Shown here piece by piece: positions 19,256 to 27,300 of a DNA stretch of 64,000 nucleotides (positions are counted from its first letter, which is position 1; each line of letters opens with the position of its first letter). Both the position numbers and the translations under genes were made by a program. Source of the DNA: Pirellulales bacterium (lineage in GTDB: Bacteria; Planctomycetota; Planctomycetia; Pirellulales; JAEUIK01); contig JAIBBY010000019.1 in NCBI GenBank assembly GCA_019694455.1, forward strand, positions 16,501 through 80,500, read 5' to 3'. Under the pieces are notes generated by a model. That model was not told the DNA's origin. It ran no database searches and worked only from the letters and a program-made list of their open reading frames with translations.

Positions 19256-19545
19256 GAGAGGTATTTTTCCGCTTGGCGACGACCGCCCCGGCAGGCTGGC
19301 GATGCGTAGGAAATTGGTCTCGGGCGCGCGGAGCAATTCGTTCGCCTGCGAATCAACCAGCAGCCAGATTGCGTTTGCTAGCAGCTCTGGCCCACAACTT
19401 GCAACTTATTGTCCCTAGCCAGTTTTCGCTCGGTTTTGCGTATACAATCGCAACAGGCGGCGCGAGGCCGCTGTACGATTTTGCGCCACGTCTCATTGCG
19501 AGACGCGAACAGGCCGCCCGAGAACCCGCGAGAAAGCACCAAGAT

Positions 19546-20718
19546 ATGACACGAAGTCGAGAAAACTACCGTTCTCCGCTGTATGCCGCTGGCTCCGATG
19601 CAGGGGCCGCTGGCCTTGCTTCTTCACCTCGTGCCCGCTGCCGCCGGCCCCTACATGGTTTCACGCTCGTCGAACTGCTGATGGTGATCGTCATCATCGG
19701 CGTCTTGGCCGGGCTGCTTTTGTTCGCCGTGGGCGGCGGCACGAAGAAGGCTAAGAACGCGGCGGTGCTCAGCGAGATCGAGCAGATTCAATCCGCGATC
19801 GAGTCCTACCGCACCGAACGGGGCAGCTACCCGCCCACCCTCGGCATTTTCGTCGGCGACCAAAAGCTCTCGCCGGCGCCGATGGGGAGCATGGTCCCGC
19901 AGGTGCAGCAGCAGCGCATTACGCGGCACATCGCCAAGGCGTTTCCACGTTACATCGCCAACTACAACGACATGCGACTGCACATCTCCGACGCCACGAA
20001 GTTCGTCTCCGTGTCGAACAACGCGGCCAAGTACATGGGTAATGCCGGAAACGGGCTTGATCTCGAGAATCTCGATCCGGCGGAGGCGCTCGTGTTTTTC
20101 CTTGGGGGGCTGCCGAACTCCAACGCCGAGACCAAACTGGCGCCGTTTCGCTTGGACCCGGCCAATCCTTTTTTTGGCACGGGCGCTTCGGCCGCCGATC
20201 CGTATCCGGGTCAGCGCGGCAAGGTGTTCTTTCCGTTCGATGCGCGGCGACTGGTCGATTATGACGGCGATGGCTGGTGGGAGTACTTGCCGCCGGGTGG
20301 AACGCAGGAAGGCAACACGCCGCCGTATGTCTACTTCGACAGCAACATCTATAAATCGGGCCCGGCCTATCCGTATCCGTCGCAGGCGGCCGGTGTGTTA
20401 AGCGTCAGCGCGCCGGGCTTTCAAGGCCCCAACAATGAGTCACTGTGGGGCAACAGCATCCCGTACGCGGCCGATCCGGCGCCGACCGGTACGCAGCCGC
20501 TGAAGTTCATGAACTCGCAAAAATTCCAGATCATCGCCCCTGGCATCGACACCAAATACCACAAGCAATTGTTGGCCAGCGACGTTTTGTCTGGTGGCAC
20601 GCCGTGGTGGTTCGCTGCGGATTTCTTCCCATCGACCGCATCGGCACAGGTCGATGACCAGGACAACCTGACCAATTTCGCCGGGGGCACGTTGGCCGAT
20701 TCGGCGCCCACTCCATGA
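19546..20718 (+). CDS. GspG-like major pseudopilin/pilin with large C-terminal extension (390 aa)
   Basis: Prepilin site HG|[20 protein letters not shown] with Glu+5. GspG-like helix [30 protein letters not shown], a DYDGDG loop, and C-terminal IIAPGID...DDQDNLTNF resembling the GspG SxGxDG...DDITNW end. The nearest in-frame start upstream of the site is the ATG at 19546, giving a 38-aa leader. The track ORF start at 19273 is rejected. Confidence 0.8.
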   Translation: MTRSRENYRSPLYAAGSDAGAAGLASSPRARCRRPLHGFTLVELLMVIVIIGVLAGLLLFAVGGGTKKAKNAAVLSEIEQIQSAIESYRTERGSYPPTLGIFVGDQKLSPAPMGSMVPQVQQQRITRHIAKAFPRYIANYNDMRLHISDATKFVSVSNNAAKYMGNAGNGLDLENLDPAEALVFFLGGLPNSNAETKLAPFRLDPANPFFGTGASAADPYPGQRGKVFFPFDARRLVDYDGDGWWEYLPPGGTQEGNTPPYVYFDSNIYKSGPAYPYPSQAAGVLSVSAPGFQGPNNESLWGNSIPYAADPAPTGTQPLKFMNSQKFQIIAPGIDTKYHKQLLASDVLSGGTPWWFAADFFPSTASAQVDDQDNLTNFAGGTLADSAPTP

Positions 20719-21845
20719 CACATCGCACGCTCGCACAACACGGACGCCGCACGATGCAGCAGGAGGGCCGATTCGCTCTCCTGTTTGCGTCTGGCGGCTA
20801 CGCGCGGCGAGATGGTCGGCGTGGCTTCACGCTGATCGAGCTTTTGGTCGTGATCACGATCATCGCCATTCTGGCGGGCATGGCGCTGGGCGCGTTGTAC
20901 CAGGCGCAAGAGGCCGCTCGGCTGTCGCGCACGCGTTCGCTGATCACCAAGTTGAACGCCGCCATGCAAGAACGCTGGGAGAGCTATCGCACCCGGCGCT
21001 TGCCGGTCGACCTGAACCAGACCAGCGGCGACGGACGCCAGTTCGCGCTGTGCCAACTGTTGGCGCGGCGGCAACTGATGCGGATGGAACTGCCCGACCG
21101 CTGGAGCGACATCAATATCACGGCGCTTTCTCCCACGCAAGACAAGGCGTTCGGCACCGACACGTCGACTGGGCGCACGGAGCGCAGTGATTGGGCAACC
21201 GCGCTGGGCTTGCCGAAGACCGAGTTTCAAACAATCGGCATACCGCTCGCCACGCCGATCAACGTGCCCTACTCGGCGCTCTTTTACGCCTACCAGCGAC
21301 GGCTAGCGCAGATCGGCAGTCCCACGCCCGCGTATCAAGGCGCCGAGTGCTTGTACCTGATCCTGACCACGGGCATGGGGGACGAGTCGGCCACCGACAT
21401 GGCGATATCGCCGCGCGACGTGGGAGACTTTGACAACGACGGCGCCAAGGAATTCATCGACGGCTGGGGGCGCCCCATCTCGTTTCTGCGCTGGGCGCCT
21501 GGCTTCCTCTCCGACTTGCAGCCCGGCAATCCCACCGCCACCAATCCGTTCGACGCGCGCGACTTGCGGGCAAATCACGATCCATTCGATCCGGCGGGCA
21601 TCGACCCGCTGGCGTTTGAAATGCATCCGCTGATTTTCTCGGCCGGTTCGGACGGCGTATACCGCATCGCCACGGTCGAGAACTCGCCGAACAAGACGCC
21701 GGATCAAAACGATCCATACGCTCCCACCGATCCCGGCGCCAGTCAGTTGAGTTGGCGCGGCCAGGTGACGGCCCTCCAGCCCGAGGATGGCGACGGCGGA
21801 CCAGAGGACAACATCCACAACCACTTGCTCGACATCAGGCGTTAA
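20715..21845 (+). CDS. prepilin-type pseudopilin, GspG-fold-like (376 aa)
   Basis: RRG|[41 protein letters not shown] (compare the GspG DxDxDG / DPWGxPY region), and IFSAGSDG...DNIHNH. Its ATGA overlaps the stop of the upstream gene. Confidence 0.8.
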   Translation: MTHRTLAQHGRRTMQQEGRFALLFASGGYARRDGRRGFTLIELLVVITIIAILAGMALGALYQAQEAARLSRTRSLITKLNAAMQERWESYRTRRLPVDLNQTSGDGRQFALCQLLARRQLMRMELPDRWSDINITALSPTQDKAFGTDTSTGRTERSDWATALGLPKTEFQTIGIPLATPINVPYSALFYAYQRRLAQIGSPTPAYQGAECLYLILTTGMGDESATDMAISPRDVGDFDNDGAKEFIDGWGRPISFLRWAPGFLSDLQPGNPTATNPFDARDLRANHDPFDPAGIDPLAFEMHPLIFSAGSDGVYRIATVENSPNKTPDQNDPYAPTDPGASQLSWRGQVTALQPEDGDGGPEDNIHNHLLDIRR

Positions 21846-21846
21846 C

Positions 21847-22968
21847 GTGCGGAAGTTGTTTCCACATTTCGAGATCACCGGCGCTTTGTGCAGCAACCGC
21901 GGCGCCGGTCGGCGCGGCGGCTTCACGCTGGTCGAGCTATTGGTGGTGATACTGATCGTCGGCATCCTGGCGGGCATCGCGCTGCCAGTGATCTTGCCGA
22001 CGCTCGACACGCGACGGCTGCGCGAGGCGTCGCGCACGGTGACCAGTTATCTGAACGGGGCCCGCGACACGGCAATGCGCAACGGCCGTCCGGTGGGGGT
22101 GATGTTCGAGCGGTTCAGCGTGACCGACGACGGCGGCACGACGCGGCAGCAGCCGAAGATGTCGATCGTGCTGCGGCAGGTGGAAGTGCCGCCCCCCTAC
22201 GCGGGAGACACGATTGCGTCGCGGGCGTTGATCGGCGGCGGTCAAATAGTTGGGCTCGGCGGCGTGACTCTGAATATGGGCGTGCTGACTGTGACCGGCC
22301 CAGACTACGGGGTGACGCGGCTGGTCAAGCCCGGCGATCTGATACGGTTCAATTATCAGGGGGCCTATTTTCAGATCGCCAGCGGCACGGCGGACACCAT
22401 CGACAATCGTTACCTCAAACCGCCGACGCCAACAGAACCTTGGACGATTTCGTCGCTCGGCGTGATCCCCGTGCATATCCAGGCGGCGACGGTGGCCGCT
22501 CCGATTGCCCTGCCGTATCAGATCATCCGCCAGCCGGTGAAGTCGGCCAACCCCGCGATGCAACTGCCGGAGTCGCTGGTGATCGACATGGAGTATTCGG
22601 GCGTGGGCGGAACTGGCTCTGAGTTTTCCAGTCTCAATGGCAATGCGCCGGTGGTGGTGATGTTCGCGCCGGACGGCACGGCATCGCACATTTACTACAA
22701 CTACATGCGAGCCTCGGTCGGCAGCGCGATTCACCTGTTGCTCGGCAAGCGCGAGCGGTTGGACAACACCTGGGCCGCGAGTCAGACAGGCGACGATATG
22801 TCGAACCTGCAAGACCTGGAGAATTTTTGGATCTCGATCCAACCGCAGAGTGGGCTGATCACGTCGAGCAATGTGGGCGCGATCAACGCCGCGACGACTC
22901 AGCCGGCCGACGCGCTCAAGCAGTCGCGAGTGTTCGCCGAATCGGCCCAAGCATTGGGAGGCAGGTGA
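21847..22968 (+). CDS. GspH/FimT-like minor pseudopilin (about 373 aa)
   Basis: GG|FTLVELLVVILIVGILAGIALP, followed by RRLREASRTVTSYLNGARDTAMRNGRPVGV, which is the GspH/FimT-type helix pattern. Start assigned to the GTG at 21847, 1 nt after the upstream stop. In-frame TTG alternatives lie downstream, and the ORF track starts at 21787, overlapping the previous gene. Confidence 0.7.
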   Translation: MRKLFPHFEITGALCSNRGAGRRGGFTLVELLVVILIVGILAGIALPVILPTLDTRRLREASRTVTSYLNGARDTAMRNGRPVGVMFERFSVTDDGGTTRQQPKMSIVLRQVEVPPPYAGDTIASRALIGGGQIVGLGGVTLNMGVLTVTGPDYGVTRLVKPGDLIRFNYQGAYFQIASGTADTIDNRYLKPPTPTEPWTISSLGVIPVHIQAATVAAPIALPYQIIRQPVKSANPAMQLPESLVIDMEYSGVGGTGSEFSSLNGNAPVVVMFAPDGTASHIYYNYMRASVGSAIHLLLGKRERLDNTWAASQTGDDMSNLQDLENFWISIQPQSGLITSSNVGAINAATTQPADALKQSRVFAESAQALGGR

Positions 22969-24335
22969 TGCGCGGTATTCTTCCCCTCATCCGGCCTGCG
23001 GCCCGCACTGGCAAAGCCGGTGGCACACGGGAAAATACGCCCCCTCACCCGGCCTGCGGCCGGTCTCTCCCCCTGCTGCGCGGGGGCGAGGCGAAAAAAC
23101 ACACTGGCCCGGCCACTGGCCTGCAAAGGCGCACGCCGCGCGGCATCACGCTGATGGAGGTGCTGATCTCGATCTTCGTCGCTTCGGTCGGGCTGATGGG
23201 ACTGGCAGCGCTGATCCCCGTCGGGCGGCATTATGTGGTCGAGGCGAGCAAGCAGGAACGCGGCAACGCGGTGGGCCGGGCGGCGTTTCGCGAGATCAAA
23301 GTCCGTGGCTGGCTCAAGCCTGAGAATCTTTGGGGCTCGGGAGGAGCGGTGACAGGCGCCGACCTGACCAAGCCATTTTGCATCGACCCCTTGTTCGTCG
23401 CGTACCCGGCCAATAGCGCGGCGGGCGGCGCGATGACGATCATGCCAGGTACGCTGCCTTGGAACGATGGCACTGGCTGGTTGTTCCCGACCAAACTAAC
23501 CAACGAGTTGGGCGCGGGCGTGACCGCCACGGCGCGCATGCCACGCGCGACTTTGAAGGGTTGGAGCGGCGCCACCATTCCCATGACCAATCCATCGGTG
23601 GAGCGGATGTTCCGCTCGGAAGATGATCTGGTGTTTGAGCAACCCAGCGACGAGACGAAGCGGCCCAACGTGGTGTGGGGTTCGGACGACCGGATCCAGT
23701 CGGCCGGCGACTACACCTGGCTGGCGACGGTGGTCCCGTCGCCGTGGCCCTACCCGGTCACGCCCGCGCCGATCGCGGCGCCCAAGGCGTTCAGCGTGTC
23801 GGTGGCGGTGTGCTACAAGCGCTCGCCGTTGGCGCCGCTGCCGGCAATCGCCAATCGGGGAGACGGCCCGCCGAGCGAACGCGTGCTGTATGCCGACTTC
23901 ATCTCGGGGGGCGTCGGCTATGGCGGCGGCGACGTGCTGTTGCGACTGCCGATCAAATCGGGCGATCCGAACAGCGACCCGGCCAACGTGGAGAAGAGCG
24001 ATTTTCCCAAGGTGCGGCCAGGACAATGGATCATGCTGGGCGGCTGGACGCAGCCGGCGGCGCCGATTCAGCCGCACGAGGTCTATCATTGGTATCGCGT
24101 GGTGGCGACGGGGGGCGACCCCAGCTATGCCGATAGCGGCACGAACCCGGCCAGCGCCTCGGGCAACCCGGAGTGGTACCTCGAAGCGACGCTCGCCGGC
24201 CCCGACTGGGCGGCCGACTCGACGATGTATCAAGACGCCGACGGGGCAGGCGGCTTGACGCTCTATGCCACGGTGATCGATGGCGTGGTGGGGGTTTACA
24301 CCAAGACGATCGAGGTCGATAGCTGGGCTCAGTGA
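22968..24335 (+). CDS. PilV/GspI-like minor pseudopilin (455 aa)
   Basis: RG|ITLMEVLISIFVASVGLMGLAALIP is the PilV/GspI-type N-terminus. Its ATG overlaps the upstream TGA (gTGATG). The apparent 59-aa leader contains the GC-rich repeats. A CTG at 23121 would give an 8-aa leader, (M)QRRTPRG. Confidence 0.7.
   Translation: MRGILPLIRPAARTGKAGGTRENTPPHPACGRSLPLLRGGEAKKHTGPATGLQRRTPRGITLMEVLISIFVASVGLMGLAALIPVGRHYVVEASKQERGNAVGRAAFREIKVRGWLKPENLWGSGGAVTGADLTKPFCIDPLFVAYPANSAAGGAMTIMPGTLPWNDGTGWLFPTKLTNELGAGVTATARMPRATLKGWSGATIPMTNPSVERMFRSEDDLVFEQPSDETKRPNVVWGSDDRIQSAGDYTWLATVVPSPWPYPVTPAPIAAPKAFSVSVAVCYKRSPLAPLPAIANRGDGPPSERVLYADFISGGVGYGGGDVLLRLPIKSGDPNSDPANVEKSDFPKVRPGQWIMLGGWTQPAAPIQPHEVYHWYRVVATGGDPSYADSGTNPASASGNPEWYLEATLAGPDWAADSTMYQDADGAGGLTLYATVIDGVVGVYTKTIEVDSWAQ
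22983..23090. repeat. GC-rich palindromic repeat element (family 1) inside the 5' end of the PilV-like gene
   Basis: 21-mer CCCCTCATCCGGCCTGCGGCC at 22983-23003. A one-mismatch copy at 23041-23061 is followed by an imperfect hairpin ctctccccc-N8-gggggcgag. Confidence 0.8.
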
Positions 24336-27300
24336 TGGGTCCGGCCAAGTTCACAATACAGGAAACGGGGCAACCGCAGGGGCTCTGCGGCGGAGTGAGT
24401 GAGATGGCGGCGAACGAATTGAATCGACAACTCGAGAATAACGGCTCCAAGCCGGGCTACCCCCTCATCCGGCCTGCGGCCCGCGCTACCGGGGCCAGCA
24501 GCACACGGTTCGAAGCTGGCGAGCAGTGGATCAGTGGAGCAGCTGAGCAAGTCCCCCTCATCCGGCCTGCGGCCACCTTCTCCCCGCAAGCGGGGCGAAG
24601 GCCGAAATACACCAGTCTCGCCGCGGCCACTGCTACGATCCGCAATGGTGCACGGGGGACTAAGCGGCGGGGCATCATACTGCTGTTTATCCTGGGGCTT
24701 TTGGCGCTTTTTTCGCTGGTCACGGTCACGTTTGTGGTCGTCGCACGTACGCACAAGCGGGGCGCGGCGATTCACGCGCAGATCGAACGCACCGGGGACT
24801 CGCCCGAGCAGCTTACCAAGACCGCTTTGTTGCAGGTGCTGCGCGGCACGAACAACGCCGCCTCCACCTTGCGCGCGCACAGCCTGCTGGAAGACATGTA
24901 CGGCAGCGACGGACTGGTGGGCAAGATGGTCGATCCGTCCACGCTGCCAGCGGATCAGTTCAATAAGCAATTCATTCCTTTGGGGACGCTGGCCAGCGAT
25001 GTGACGTTTCCAACGCTGCAATGGGCCCCCGCGCCCCTGCTGAGTCAGGTGGCCAGTTACTACACCGGGCGCGTGCTGACGATGATCGAGGGGCCGTGCG
25101 CCGGCGAGAGCGTGCGGATCGTGGATTACACCTATGCGAGCGGGACCGGCGTGTTTTGGGTGATGCCGTTCAAGCAGGGGCGCCCGCTCCAAGGCAACCG
25201 CTTCGTCGTCAACGGGGCGCCGTTCAACGGGACGGGCTTTGGCTTCAACCTGCAAACGTATCAGAACAACCCCGCGCTGCCGCTGTTGAATTTTCCGAAC
25301 GCGGTGACTGGCGTGCAGGCCTTCGCGCCCAATCATCAGACGTTTATTCCCTCCATGCCGGGCTATCCCGATCCGGCTGGCCTGGGCGGAGCCGATGAAG
25401 ATTATGACGCGGCCGACTATCAAAACCTGCTCTTGGCGCTGCGGGCCATCACCAGCAACACCAGCAGCCCTTACTATCCCAGCCAGGTGGTATTGCCGTC
25501 GCTGCACCGGCCCGACCTGGTGAGCTTTGTGCTGGCCAATCAGAACACACCGATTCCCTGGACCAATTGGAACACGGCCGCGGCGACGATTCCGCTGCGC
25601 AGCGTCATGCTGCGGCCCGTGGGCGGATTCGTTGGCGCCGATCATCCGAACTTCAGTGGCAGCAATCCCAGCTTCCATCCCGTGACGGGGCCGTGGGACA
25701 TCGACAACGACAACGACGGCAAGCCCGACAGCGTCTGGGTCGATCTGGGCCTGCCGGTGCAGACCACACCCGATGGCCGCACCTACAAGCCGCTGTTCGC
25801 CATCTTGTGCGAAGACCTGGATGGCCGCCTGAACCTCAACGCGCACGGCAACGCCAACCAATTGGTGATGCCAACCAGCGTGGAAGCGGGGGCCGGCGTC
25901 GCCGCCACCGGCACGACCAAGGCGCAAGCCCCGACCGCCGGCAGCGACTCGGCGGGGGGGACTGTCGCCAAGTTGCCGGTCGGCCAGGGGTATGGTCCCG
26001 CCGAGGTCAACCTGGGCATCTTCTTCAACCAAACGACTAACAACACGGTTTCATTTGACGAGTTCGACAACCTGCTGTTCGGCGTCAAGACGGGGGGCGT
26101 GTTCACCGACTCGGTGATTAGCGTGACCTTTGGCCTGCCAACGGCTCTCCCATCGCTGACCAACGAACTGCTACTGGGGCGCTACGGCGAACTTGACGTG
26201 CCGCTGAGCGAGGCGCCGGCGGCGGGGCGCACCGACGAGGGCGCCAACGGCATCGATCCGACCATGGATATGTCTGCGTGGTGGAAGATGTCCGACTTTG
26301 CCGCGTACAACTCCAAGATCGGCACGCCATCGAACTACGGCACACGGTCTGACCTGGACGGCGACGGCGTGCTGGCGGTCGATCCGTCGGGCAATCTGGT
26401 GTTCCCGAATTTCGCGCAGAACGAATCGACCGGCATGCACGGCATGGGCGAGCGCTGGGAGACGCGCAATAGCGCTTACGACCTGGACCTGTCGCGAAAC
26501 GCCCCACGCACCGGCCTGCCGAACAGCAAGATTCCGTACACCATCGACGCGCCGTTTCAGCCGACCGAGCTGGAGCGGATTTTGCGCTACAACGATCTCG
26601 ACGCGCCGAGCCTGCCCGACCGATTGCTGCGCCTGGCGCCATTCATGTTCACGGGCCGATCGTCGATGGGGAGCGACCTGCCGGGCAACGCCGAGTATCG
26701 CCGCCGATTGGTGACAACCGAAAGCTGGGACTTGCCGATTCCGTCGCTCGGCCCTTCGGCCGATGTGCTGGCCCCAGGGGCGTATTTGAATCAAACCTTG
26801 TACGCCAGCGCCGCGCCGGCGAGCGCCACCCTGCTCGACCGGATCGCGACGATCACGCCGACGAGCGTGAACCGCGCGATCGTGTTGAACCATCTGGGGG
26901 GCGAGTTGTCGCGGGGGCTCCAGTTCGACATTAACCGCCCGTTTGGCGACGGCATCGACAACGACGGCGATTGGCTGGTGGACGAGCCCGACGAAGCCAC
27001 TGAGTACGCCTGGCCGCAGTACTACGGAAGCACAGTGCAATTCAAACACAACACTTCCCTGGGCGGCACGACCCTCGACCGGGAGCAATACGCCCGCAGC
27101 CTGTACATGTTGGTGATGATGCTGATGGACCAGCAGTTTGTCGATCGGGAGTATCCGGCGAGCAACCCCGCCAAGCGGATGCGACTGGCGACGCAGGTGG
27201 CGCAGTGGGCGGTGAACGTGACCGACTTCCGCGACAGCGATTCGATCATGACCGGCTTCGAGTTCGACGCGGCGCCGTTCACGGATGAGAACAGCGACGG

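Noticed and set aside
19273-19545. The 5' extension of the first pilin ORF (track start 19273), and similar long N-terminal extensions at 10190-11542, 59244-60479, 53255-55057, 57646-58542 and 49255-50499.
   Set aside because: The extensions are Arg/Ala-rich, overlap neighbouring genes or REP repeats, and internal ATGs give canonical N-termini (signal peptides or conserved first motifs). Starts were trimmed accordingly.
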